Below, piece after piece: positions 52,330-63,000 of a DNA stretch of 64,000 bases. The stretch's first letter is position 1. Every line of letters starts with the position of its first letter. Source of the DNA: an uncultured cyanobacterium (GTDB lineage Bacteria; Cyanobacteriota; Cyanobacteriia; Cyanobacteriales; CAWCAG01); the NCBI GenBank assembly GCA_963803805.1, contig CAWDOD010000011.1, positions 448,001 through 512,000 of the forward strand. Direction: 5' to 3'. Position numbers and translations under genes: made by a program. The notes beneath the pieces were generated by a model. It saw only the letters and a list, made by a program, of their open reading frames with translations. It did no database searches and was not told where the DNA came from.

Positions 52330-52488
52330 AGTTAAGAAACCTCCTTTCCTATTCTAAACTTTTTATCAAAGATCATCGACAACTGATTCTTAAAAGCAAT
52401 GGCAAGCTACACACGGATAACTAATCATTTATGCCTAACGGCAATGGTGAGCTATACATTGATAATTGAGCTAATTGATCATTAACAA

Positions 52489-54081
52489 TTAATCAACTTC
52501 CAAAGGTCCAATTCCGCGCTGAATGCTGAATTTTTTTAACTCTTCTATTAATTGAGTATCCTGAGAAGCTGTCCTCGCCCCAGCTTCTGCTGCCCAATGT
52601 TTCAAATCTTCAATTTGTTGGCGGGCGATCGCCGCTAAGGGGACGGTTTCGTCAATAGCTTTTAAAATATCTTCAGTATTAAAATCCCGCCTTTGCCCGT
52701 TAATAATACTACCAAAAGCATTGTGCATACCATCAACAATTACTTGTTCAATTTCTGCACCGCTAAAATCTTGAGCTAATTTCGCCAACTTGTTGAGGTC
52801 AAATTCTCGCAAACGGCTAGGGCGTAAAGGTTGTAAGTGAACTCGGAAAATATCTTCTCTTTCTTTTTCTGTGGGTAGATTTAAGAAAAAGATTTCGTCA
52901 AAGCGTCCTTTTCGTAATAATTCTGCGGGTAAAATACGGACATTATTGGCTGTGGCGACAATAAATACCGGGGCTGTCTTTTCTTGCATCCAAGTAATCA
53001 AGCTACCAAATACCCTACGGGTTGTCCCAGAATCTCCATCAATACCGCTAGTTATATTGCCAAAGGCTTTGTCAATTTCATCAATCCACAGCACACAAGG
53101 AGCCATGGCTTCGGAGATAGCAATCATCCGTCGCACACTAGCTTCACTTTGCCCGACGATACCACCAAATAAGCGTCCTGTATCTAAACGTAACAAAGGC
53201 AAACGCCATTCATGGGCAATGGTTTTAGCAGAGAGAGATTTTCCTGTACCTTGAATACCCACAAGCAAAATACCTTTAGGGTTAGGAATACCATAACGCC
53301 TTGCTTCTTCGGTAAAAGCATCTTGGCGCATTCTTACCCATTGTTTGAGGTTTTCTAATCCTCCTACAGATTTGAGGGATTCTTGGGCGTTGTAAAATTC
53401 TAGGATACCCGTTTGCCGCACAGCTTGTTTTTTCTGAGCCAAAACCCCATCAATATCCGACTCATCTACCTGCTGTTTGGCGGCTAATCCTTTGGCTAAA
53501 ACACGGCAAATGCGGGCGCGGCTTAACCCCTGACAAGCTTTGACTAACTGTTCTTTAGCTAATCCAGTCACCTTCAACTTAGCCGGCACAACTAACTGAG
53601 TAATTAAATAATCAATTTCTTTAACATTGGGTAAAGGAAAATCAATTACCGTCGCTTCCTCGCTAAACTCCGCAGGAACTTCTAAAGTATGACTAGTAAG
53701 AATCAAAGTTTTGCGATCGCGCTTTAATTCTTTAGTGAGATTCTTAATTTCCCTTACCACTGGGGCATTACGATCTAAACCAGGATTTTGTAAAATATAG
53801 TGCAGATCCCGCAACACAAAAATAGTTGCTTCCTGGCTAGAAACTTTATTAATGCGCCCCAGGGCAGCCATAACAGAACCCTTATCAGAACCATTATCAC
53901 TCCAACCCCTAACCAAATCCCACAATAGCAGCTTGCGTGGTGGCTGAGATTGGGCAGCGACAGCATCAAGGACTTCTTCTACGGGTTCTTCTTCTACCGC
54001 TACTATATAAATTAAAGGATACCTCGCCCGAATCATCAAATCAATTTCTTCGACTAAGGCTTGATGGGGTTTGGGAGTCAT
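52489..54081 (-). CDS. Ycf46-like AAA+ ATPase
   Basis: IRARYP, GIQGTGKS, WIDEIDK, LRKGRFDEIFF. Confidence 0.9.
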   Translation of the reverse strand: MTPKPHQALVEEIDLMIRARYPLIYIVAVEEEPVEEVLDAVAAQSQPPRKLLLWDLVRGWSDNGSDKGSVMAALGRINKVSSQEATIFVLRDLHYILQNPGLDRNAPVVREIKNLTKELKRDRKTLILTSHTLEVPAEFSEEATVIDFPLPNVKEIDYLITQLVVPAKLKVTGLAKEQLVKACQGLSRARICRVLAKGLAAKQQVDESDIDGVLAQKKQAVRQTGILEFYNAQESLKSVGGLENLKQWVRMRQDAFTEEARRYGIPNPKGILLVGIQGTGKSLSAKTIAHEWRLPLLRLDTGRLFGGIVGQSEASVRRMIAISEAMAPCVLWIDEIDKAFGNITSGIDGDSGTTRRVFGSLITWMQEKTAPVFIVATANNVRILPAELLRKGRFDEIFFLNLPTEKEREDIFRVHLQPLRPSRLREFDLNKLAKLAQDFSGAEIEQVIVDGMHNAFGSIINGQRRDFNTEDILKAIDETVPLAAIARQQIEDLKHWAAEAGARTASQDTQLIEELKKFSIQRGIGPLEVD

Positions 54082-54203
54082 CGGTTATCAGTTATCAATG
54101 AACAATAGACTTTATCGGTAATAAGCACGGCTTGCTGTTGCCGTTAGGCATTAGTTACCAGTTTAGTTTAGTTTAATTTAACTTATAAAAATTGTTATTG
54201 ATT

Positions 54204-55088
54204 ATGAAAGCCATCTTGCTTTCTTTGGCTAAACCATTTAGATTTTCTTCCTTCTGGCTTGTGGCTATAGCTGCAATCTTAAACACTATTTATTTGATTG
54301 TAATTTGGAGAATCAAAGATACTTCTCACTTTGGTATGAGTCTTATTTTTGGTATTGCAGTTTGCTCTCTTCTTTGGGAAAAACGTCATCACTTCAAAAG
54401 AGAAACAACCGTTATTCCTGGTTTTTTCGGAGGATTACTGATTGCTTTAATCTTCTGGAGAAGTATCGCCATAATAAATATGAGCTTTCTACCTTCTTTC
54501 CCTCAATACCTTTTACCGCTTTTACCGCTACGACTGATACCTTTTATCACTTGTCTGGCAATTGTTTTACTTACTTCTGGTTTCAGAGGTTTGAAACAAT
54601 ACTGGCAAGAACTAATTATCTTTTTCACTTTGGGAATTAAAGTATTAATTTATCCTTTTGTAGATCCTTCTCCTATTGTTGCTAAGTTTTCTTCTTTACT
54701 CCTTATCTATTTAGGATTTGATGTATCAATCCAAGGAGAAAAAATAATTCTCCCGACAGGAGGTATAACAGTACTACAAGACTGCTCTGGCTTGGAAAGT
54801 ATGCTTTATCTTTTTGGCTTAGCTATAATCTTTCTCTTCATGTTTCCTTTGGCCAATTGGCGTAAAAGAATCCTGGTTTTAATAGCTGCTATCCTGTTAG
54901 GATTTGCTATTAACGGAGTCAGGGTTGCTTTCTTAGCTGCTTTAGTTGCTTCCCATCATCAAAAAGCTTTTACTTACTGGCATATAGAAGGTGGTTCTTT
55001 GATTTTTGGAGGGATTTCTGTATTAGCATTTGGCGTATTCTGTTTAGTTTTACTCCAGCAAGAAACCTTGGGAGAAGGTAATAGGTAA
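54204..55088 (+). CDS. crtA: Cyanoexosortase A
   Basis: Multi-TM; CSG, NGVRV and YWH catalytic motifs. Confidence 0.85.
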   Translation: MKAILLSLAKPFRFSSFWLVAIAAILNTIYLIVIWRIKDTSHFGMSLIFGIAVCSLLWEKRHHFKRETTVIPGFFGGLLIALIFWRSIAIINMSFLPSFPQYLLPLLPLRLIPFITCLAIVLLTSGFRGLKQYWQELIIFFTLGIKVLIYPFVDPSPIVAKFSSLLLIYLGFDVSIQGEKIILPTGGITVLQDCSGLESMLYLFGLAIIFLFMFPLANWRKRILVLIAAILLGFAINGVRVAFLAALVASHHQKAFTYWHIEGGSLIFGGISVLAFGVFCLVLLQQETLGEGNR

Positions 55089-55244
55089 GCAATCAAAATC
55101 ACCCTCTATTTCTATGTCTTTTGCGTAAGTCCTGTTAATATTTTAGTCAGGAGGGGCTTGTTAAGATTTTTGATGAGTAAATCAACTTTAGTAAAACCCG
55201 TCCCTACCTTACCCAACTTTTAATTAACGCTGCTTCCTTTTCCA

Positions 55245-56795
55245 ATGAACCTAACAGAAGAAATACTTTCTCAACAACCCGATAATATTCTCCAACGTTT
55301 GCGAGGGGCAGATGGGGTTTGGCAAAGTTTAAAGGAGGGTAATACTACTATTCCTCAAGTTGTGGTAGAAAGTGATGAATTTTTGGCAGAGGTGGATTGG
55401 GATGTGGTTATTTGTGGGGGAACTTTGGGAATTTTTATTGCTGCTGCCTTGCAAAAACAGGGTTGGCGAGTGGCGGTAATTGAACGAGAAATTTTGCGAG
55501 GTAGGGATCAGGAGTGGAATATTTCTCGCCAGGAATTGGATGTTTTTCTAGAGTTAGATTTGCTTTCTCAAGCAGAATTGGTGGAGGCGATCGCTACAGA
55601 ATATAATCCGGCACGGGTAAGTTTTTTTGAAGGGGCGGAAGTTTGGGTAGAAGATGTTCTTAATATTGGTGTTGATCCTGTCTTTCTTTTAGCAACATTA
55701 AAAGAAAAATTTCTTAGTTTGGGGGGCAAGTTATGGGAAAAAACTCCTTTTACCAAAGCTACGGTTCATCCTGATGGTGTGTTAATTGAAGCAGGGGAAG
55801 TTAAGTTTAAAACCCGCTTACTAATTGATGGTATGGGTAACTTTTCTCCTATTGCTAAACAAGCTAGAAAAGGAGAGAAACCCGAAGGAGTATGTTTGGT
55901 GGTGGGGAGTTGTGCTAAGGGTTATCCGGACAATAAAACTGGGGATTTGATTGTTTCTTTCACTCCCATTACTAATCAATGTCAATATTTTTGGGAAGCT
56001 TTTCCAGCTAGGGATGGGAGAACAACTTATTTATTTACCTATTTAGATGCTCATCCCCAACGTTTTAGCTTAGAGTTTCTCATGGATGAGTACTTGCGGC
56101 TTTTACCAGCATATCAGGGGGTAGAACTGTCGCAATTACAATTTGAACGTTTTCTATTTGGTTTCTTTCCTGCCTACCGTCAAAGCCCTTTACGGCTACC
56201 CTGGAGTCGTATTCTCCCTATTGGTGATAGTAGTGGTTCCCAATCTCCAGTAAGTTTTGGCGGTTTTGGTTCAATGATTCGCCATCTTAAGCGGTTGAGT
56301 TGTGGGATTAATGAAGCTTTGCAAGAAGAACAATTGAGTAATAAATCCTTGGTTTTATTGCAACCTTACCAACCAAATATAGCGGTTACGTGGTTATTTC
56401 AACGTACCATGAGTGTGGGAATTGAGCAGAATTTAGCCCCGAATCAAATTAACCAATTATTGAGTGGTGTATTTGAGAATATGGATAAGTTAGGGGATGA
56501 AGTGTTGCGCCCTTTTTTACAGGATGTTGTACAGTTTTCTGCCCTTTCTCAAACTCTATTGTTAACCTCTTTAACTAAACCAGGTTTAGTCGTTCCGGTA
56601 ATTCCCCAAGCGGGAATAATGACTCTTTTAGATTGGTTAATTCATTATTTTAATTTAGGGATTTACCGCTTTTTATATTCTTTTAGTAAAGTATTAATAC
56701 CACTAACTAAAAATTTAAGTTCCCAGCAACAATATTATTGGCATCGTTATATTGATAGTTGGTTTTATGGTTCGGGACAAGATTATGAAGGATAG
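55245..56795 (+). CDS. cruP: CruP-type FAD-dependent lycopene cyclase family protein
   Basis: GGTLG, GRDQEWNISR, QSPVSFGGFG, YGSGQDY. Confidence 0.82.
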   Translation: MNLTEEILSQQPDNILQRLRGADGVWQSLKEGNTTIPQVVVESDEFLAEVDWDVVICGGTLGIFIAAALQKQGWRVAVIEREILRGRDQEWNISRQELDVFLELDLLSQAELVEAIATEYNPARVSFFEGAEVWVEDVLNIGVDPVFLLATLKEKFLSLGGKLWEKTPFTKATVHPDGVLIEAGEVKFKTRLLIDGMGNFSPIAKQARKGEKPEGVCLVVGSCAKGYPDNKTGDLIVSFTPITNQCQYFWEAFPARDGRTTYLFTYLDAHPQRFSLEFLMDEYLRLLPAYQGVELSQLQFERFLFGFFPAYRQSPLRLPWSRILPIGDSSGSQSPVSFGGFGSMIRHLKRLSCGINEALQEEQLSNKSLVLLQPYQPNIAVTWLFQRTMSVGIEQNLAPNQINQLLSGVFENMDKLGDEVLRPFLQDVVQFSALSQTLLLTSLTKPGLVVPVIPQAGIMTLLDWLIHYFNLGIYRFLYSFSKVLIPLTKNLSSQQQYYWHRYIDSWFYGSGQDYEG

Positions 56796-56863
56796 GTTTT
56801 TAAGGCAGAACAAAAAATATTAATACAATCACGAACCTTATTCGCAACCTAGCTAAAAACTAT

Positions 56864-58063
56864 ATGCAAGAGATTATTACAATTGAAGGGGGTTTAGGGC
56901 CAATTCAGGCTTCATCCTCTCCCCTAAGTTTAGAAATTTCACCTTTAACAGTATTTATTGGGCCGCAAGGAACAGGCAAATCTCTTGTTAGCCAACTTTT
57001 ATATTTTTTTCGTAACACTAAATACTTATTTTATAACTATTTTAACCAAGAAGAGCCACAAAAAACGGTAAGAGAAGTTTTAGACGGTATTCGTGCAGGG
57101 GAACTGACAAATAGAGCTTTAGCTTCATTTTTGACTACTGATAGAGTATCTGTTCAATACCAAAGAGAACAAATTGAGCGTCAAACTAATTTTTACAAAA
57201 TTAATCGTCAAATTAACGCTGGAGGTTCATTTAGAAATGAAGTAGATCAATGGAGTAGAGAGTTAGCTGAAAATCCTTTACTTGCCGGTAAAATAACTCC
57301 TAATGCCCTATTTATTCCTGCAGAACGTACTTTTTTCTCTCGATTTATTAATGCCGAGCCAACAATTTTTGGTAACGCTTCTTTAGCTATAACTATGCAA
57401 GAGTTTGCTAAAATACTTTTAAGTAAAGTAGCAGAAATCCACATTTTATGGGAGAATGATCCAGAACAAAAACCTCCTCAAGCTCAAGAGATTGATAACT
57501 TAATTACAGCTTCTTTAGGGGGAAGGGTGGCATCAGCTAGAAGAGGCCCCTATGCCCGTAAATGGCAGTGGATACCCAAAAACAGTGAACAAGAATTAGA
57601 GATAGAAATGGCTTCTTCTGGTCAAATGGGAAGTTGGCCTTTAATTGCAACTGCACAGGCTTTATTTGCTTGGCCTAAATTAGAAAGACCTTTATTTATA
57701 CATATAGAAGAACCAGAAACCCATCTCCATCCTGCGGCTCAAGTTGCCATTGTTAAAGTTATCGCCTATTTGGTAAATCAAGGTTTTCATTTAGTAGTGA
57801 CCACTCACTCAATTGTAGTACTATATTTGCTCAATAATTTAACTTTGGCTGAGCAACAATTGGGAAATAAAGCAGTAGAAAATTTCCCTGAGACTCAAGC
57901 AAGAATCTCTCCTAAAAATATCTCTGCTTACCTTTTTAATAATGGTGAAGTAAGTAATATAGTTGACAATTCAGGACAAATAGATGAAGGATTATTGAGT
58001 AGTGTACTTGGAGATTTAGAAGTGGAATTTAATCACTTACAAACTTATGGACTTTGGGAATAA
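56864..58063 (+). CDS. ABC-type ATPase (AAA_15/AAA_21, AbiEii-like)
   Basis: GPQGTGKS, IPAER, MASSGQ, IEEPETHLHP, TTHS. Confidence 0.9.
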   Translation: MQEIITIEGGLGPIQASSSPLSLEISPLTVFIGPQGTGKSLVSQLLYFFRNTKYLFYNYFNQEEPQKTVREVLDGIRAGELTNRALASFLTTDRVSVQYQREQIERQTNFYKINRQINAGGSFRNEVDQWSRELAENPLLAGKITPNALFIPAERTFFSRFINAEPTIFGNASLAITMQEFAKILLSKVAEIHILWENDPEQKPPQAQEIDNLITASLGGRVASARRGPYARKWQWIPKNSEQELEIEMASSGQMGSWPLIATAQALFAWPKLERPLFIHIEEPETHLHPAAQVAIVKVIAYLVNQGFHLVVTTHSIVVLYLLNNLTLAEQQLGNKAVENFPETQARISPKNISAYLFNNGEVSNIVDNSGQIDEGLLSSVLGDLEVEFNHLQTYGLWE

Positions 58064-58069
58064 CTAAAA

Positions 58070-58700
58070 GTGAGAAGAAGGTCTTTAGGAAAAAACAAGT
58101 CTTTACCTTGCACAGGATCTGAACTTCCTAAAGGATTTAATTCTGTTTTTTGTACCGCTTCAGCAACTTGCTTAGATGATTGCTGTTTGCTACTACAGAT
58201 AGAGGATGAAGTGATATTATATGACCAACCAAATAAAGCTTACTATTGGGTAATATTGCAAGCAGATGAAATTCAGTTAGTAGCCTGTAATTTAGAAGGA
58301 TATGCAGATTTAGCTGCTAAAAGTAATCATTGGCAAGGTAGACGCGCTGACTACTTGATTGCAGGTTGGTACGGGGGGAATTGTTATCAATAATGAAAAA
58401 CAAGCTGAGGATAAATTGGCACAACTTGAGGAAAGTATAGATCAGGTTATGTATCAGCTTAATAGTCACATTGATAATTCTTCTCTATTCACAGAAGCTT
58501 GTGATAAACCTAATCAATATAGAGTAATTGGTGTGGTAATAGCCCCTGCTGGCATACGTGGTATATCAAGAAATAAGTATAGTAAAAGAATTAGGAAAGA
58601 TAACTACAACGCCTTCCTGACGATGATGCCTCCTGAACGTTTGAAAGAGTGCCAAATTACTTGGGGCCAATTATTAAGAAGTATTGTCGAGGATAATTAA
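58070..58700 (+). pseudogene. ATPase partner gene split into two overlapping frames (58070-58393 and 58359-58700)
   Basis: Frame switch near G6 run at 58373-58378; RRADYLI motif; 6 bp after ATPase stop. Confidence 0.6.
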
Positions 58701-58800
58701 CTTTAATCAAGTGTTAGCATGGTAGGGATTTTTACCAGCTTTTTAGTTTCAATATGCTTCTACCGTCGTTGAAACCTGTAGCATAAAGGAAACTTGCTTA

Positions 58801-59742
58801 ATGACTTGGAAAAGAATTTTTTTAACCTTCACTATTTTAGGGGCAGTACTTTGTACTTTATTTTCCTTAGCAGGTTATTTAGGAGGGTTTGAACGCTGGT
58901 TAGAATTAACAGTTCATTTTCGCTTCCAGTATTTGATTTTAAGCGTAATCTTGCTAATTATACTGGCTATTTTTCGTCAAGGAAAGTGGTGTTTACTGTG
59001 TTTATTTTGTATCAGTCTTAATGCAGTAGAGGTTGTACCTTGGTACATGAATAATTCAAAAGTGAATACGTCTCAATCTGGAGAGACTATTAAGGTGATA
59101 CAAAGTAATATTTTGAGTAGTAATCAGAATTATGCTGAATTTATTAACTTAGTTAAAGCAGAAAAGCCTCAGATATTAGTAGTTCAAGAATTAAATGAAC
59201 CTTGGGCAAAAGAATTAGAAAGTATTAACAATATTTTACCCCATAGTTTTGTTCTGCCCCAAGAAAACAATTTTGGTATGGGAATTTATAGCAGCTTTCC
59301 TTTAGAAAATCAGTCAACAAAGTGGCTAACCGCCCAGATTCCAGAATTAATTGCTGATATAGAAGTTGCCGGGAAAACAATTAACTTAACCGCTATTCAT
59401 CCTGTACCACCGATTAATGAGTCTTACTTTTACTTACGTAACCAACAGCTAGAAGAAACTAGTAAATATCTTCAACAAAGTAATGTGGAAAAAATTGTTT
59501 TAGGAGACTTAAATTTAACGATGTGGTCGCCTATTTATCGCAGCTTTGTTCGTACTACAGGTTTGGTAAATGCTCGTTTAGGATTTGGTGTCTTACCAAC
59601 TTGGCCAACTAATATTTTACCCCTACGGATTCCTTTAGACCATTGTTTGGTTAGTCCAGAAATAACGGTTGCTAATATAAAAGTTGGTGCAAATATTGGC
59701 TCAGATCATTTGCCTTTAATAGCTGAATTAGTAATATATTAA
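58801..59742 (+). CDS. Membrane-anchored endonuclease/exonuclease/phosphatase family protein
   Basis: N-terminal TMs; VQE, GDLN, PTWP, LDH, GSDHLP. Confidence 0.9.
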   Translation: MTWKRIFLTFTILGAVLCTLFSLAGYLGGFERWLELTVHFRFQYLILSVILLIILAIFRQGKWCLLCLFCISLNAVEVVPWYMNNSKVNTSQSGETIKVIQSNILSSNQNYAEFINLVKAEKPQILVVQELNEPWAKELESINNILPHSFVLPQENNFGMGIYSSFPLENQSTKWLTAQIPELIADIEVAGKTINLTAIHPVPPINESYFYLRNQQLEETSKYLQQSNVEKIVLGDLNLTMWSPIYRSFVRTTGLVNARLGFGVLPTWPTNILPLRIPLDHCLVSPEITVANIKVGANIGSDHLPLIAELVIY

Positions 59743-59762
59743 CTAATCAGGAAACGGCATTT

Positions 59763-59965
59763 GTAAGTTGGGTTAGGGATCAGCGTAACCCAAAAGCTAG
59801 TAATATTAAAGGTTAGCTATAGATGATAGTTTTTTTGTTAAACCAGGTATATCAAGGTTTATAGTAAATACAAATCACAAAACCTAATATTTCTTTTGTT
59901 GGGTTACCGCAAGACAGAGTTGTTGTGTATTTCGCTTTGATATCTTTACGCTTAACCCAACCTAC
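59763..59965. repeat. REPIN/MITE-like element built from two inverted REP-like palindromes
   Basis: GTAAGTTGGGTTAG..GCGTAACCCAA at left; GTTGGGTTACCGC..CGCTTAACCCAACCTAC at right. Confidence 0.75.
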
Positions 59966-60045
59966 TTAATGCTAAAGTTAGTAAAAATGTTGGCTTCAAA
60001 AAGCTTATTAGCCATTCGCCATGAACAGTCAGCCAAAGTGCCAAT

Positions 60046-63000
60046 ATGTTAAATCAGTCCCTTGAGCAGCGTTTTAGTTTTTCTGCTTGGAAAATACGCA
60101 GACTTACCCGTTTGCTTATTTTAGCAGTTTCAATTTTAGCTCTCAATATTCAAGTAATTACTTTAGCTAGTTCTTTATTTTTAAACAAAGTTGGCTCAGA
60201 AAAATTACCTTTATTTTTTATCTTAATTGGTTTAGTTTCTGTCCCCGCCTATGCTTTATTTTCTCCTTTAGTAGACCGTTATAGCCGTCCTCAACTTTTT
60301 CGCTATGTCCTTTTCATCGGCATAGTAGTCATTTTACTAATGCGCCTAGCAATTAATTCAGGTAGCTTAGTAATTTATTATCTCCTGTTCATCTTTGCCA
60401 GTTTTTCCTGGGATTCTCAAGTAAATATTCTTTGGCCTAGCTTACTTAATGATTATCTTACTTCCTTAGAATATAAACGCTACACTTCCTTAATTGGTAT
60501 GGCTCAAGCGGTAGGCATCCTACTAGGAGGTGCATTAGTTAGTGTTATTTCTGCCTATCTTCCGACTAGAAATATCCTCATTGCCCTGCCTTTAATGTAT
60601 GGGTTGGTTATTCTACAATTATTCCTTTTGGAAAGGTCAGAAAGGCGTTTAGAAAGCAATACCAAAGAAGAATCCGTAGGCATTTGGCAGACTTTGAAAA
60701 CTTTTCCTGAACAAGTTAAAAACTACCAAATTATTTTCTTTCTTGCTGCTAGTAGTTTTTTAGTGGTTATTTTAATTGTTATTGCTGAGTATGAATGTTT
60801 TAGTGTCTATTCCCAAACCTTCACCGATGACCAAGAATTAACTCGTTTCTTAGGTTTATTGAGGGTGGTTTATAGTGTTGTGCAACTCTTCGTCCTCTAC
60901 GGTTTCACCCAGCCTCTATTACAAAGATTGGGGGTAGGAACAATGAGTTTAGTTTATCCCATCACTACCTTAATTAGCTTCATTTCCTTGGGGTTAAACT
61001 TTTCTCTTCCTGCGGCGATCGCAACTAGTGTTAACAGCGAATCTTTAAATAAAAGTATTAACCTACCTGTTCATAACCTCAACTATAACGCCGTCCCCTA
61101 TCAAATAATTGGTAGAGTTAGGGCTTTTAGCGATGGCTTTCTCTATGCTTTAGGACAAATTTCTGCCGGAGTATTACTTTGGGCTGCCCATTCCTTCTTA
61201 ACCTTGGTACAAATTACTTGGTTAGGTATTGCCCTCAGCCTCCTGTTTTTCCTCCTGCGTTATCCCATGGGGAAAAAGTACTTTGAATCTTTAGAAGGAA
61301 TGCTTCGTTCTGGTTCTGTTAATCTAGATGATATTAGTGAAGGTTTAACGCAACTTCCCCCTCAATCAAGTTCTGTCATTAAAGAATTAATTACCAGCGA
61401 AGAACGTTATACAAAAATTAAAGGGTTGGAATTAGCCATAGGTTTAGGGCAACCTAGCCAATTCTTAGAAGATGTGGAAGAATTATTTCCTAATGCCCAT
61501 CCAGATGTGCGAGATGCTAGCGTTAAACTACTCAGCAGCAACCCCGACACAGAAACAATTAATCGTTGTCAAGAACTATTAAAAGCCCAAAATCATTCCT
61601 TAAAAGCATTAGGTTTAGAAGTCCTCATCGCCAGTCAACATCATCTTGATGAAGAACAAATACGCAGTTGCCTGAAAGATAATAGCCAAGAAATTCGTGC
61701 CTTAGCCTCCGTCGCCGCCACTCAAACTGAGGCGATCACCAATCCAGAAATTAAACAAACCTGTGCCAAATTATGGCAATCTGAATTAGATCAAACCACT
61801 GGAAAAGCCATCGTTAGGGTAGTTGCTTTTGGAGGTGGTAGAGAGTTAATTCATCCCCTCAAAGAAATTCTTTTACGGGGTAGTGGGGAGGTGATTAGGA
61901 AAGGATTAGAAGCTTTAGCCAACATCGCCCGTCCCCAGGATGAAGAATTGGCACAAATAGCCGTAACCCAATTAAACCATCCTGATCCCACCGTTAGAGC
62001 CACCGCCTTTGAAGTCTTAAGAATAGCCCGTAGTGAAGAAATGTTGAACTATGTGGTTAATGGCTTAGAAGATCATGACTCCCAAGTGCGACAAAAAGCG
62101 GCTATGGCACTGGCGGCATATGGTGAACAGGGTTTATCCTTAGCTAAGGAAAGTCTCCTCTCTGCTAACCAAAATCTCGTAGAAGCGGCGATCGCCGCCA
62201 TAGGTCAAATTCGTATTAGAAAGGCTAGCGACATCCTCTACGACTATCTCAGCCCCGACTTCCAAGAAATTTCCCATACCCGTCAGTGGCAACAAAAAAT
62301 CCCCCTCCATACCCCAAGCTGGCAACCATTAGCCATTGCCATCGCCGACTATCACCAGCGCTTAATTCAACGGGTACTCTACGTCCTTTCCTGCTTAGGA
62401 CACGCCCGCACCGTTAATACTGTCAAACGCCTACTTTATAGCACCGATAAAAGGGAATTAGCCAACGCTATAGAAACCTTAGCCTCTTTAAGAGATCGAC
62501 GTTTTGTACTCCCTTTAATGCCTATTTTAGAGGGTTTAGCCAACGAAGAAGCCCCAGGAACACCTATTTCAGCCAACTCTTTTTGGATGCGGACAAAAGG
62601 TTATAAGCTACTCTTAGAAGCCCTCGAAGCCAAAGATCGCTGGATCAGGATCGGGGCTTTAATTGCCTTAGCGGGGCTTTCTTCTGCTTTAAGCAAAGAT
62701 CCAGATCCCTTAGTTAAAGCAGTTGCTAAAGAGATTTTTCGTCCTTTAGATGAACAACCAGCTTCCCTGAACTTTTTTATGAAACGCTTACTTTTACTAA
62801 AAAAGGTTGCACTTTTTAAAAACCTCTCTTTAGATGAGCTATTATTAATCGACCGTGCCTTAGAACAAGAGCAATTCTTAGCCGGAGAAACCATCTTCAC
62901 CGAAGGCAGTTGGGGAGAACATTTTTATATTATTGCTGAAGGGAAAGTACGTATTGTTAAAAAGGTGGAAGAAGAAGAAAGGGATCTGACTTTTTTAATT

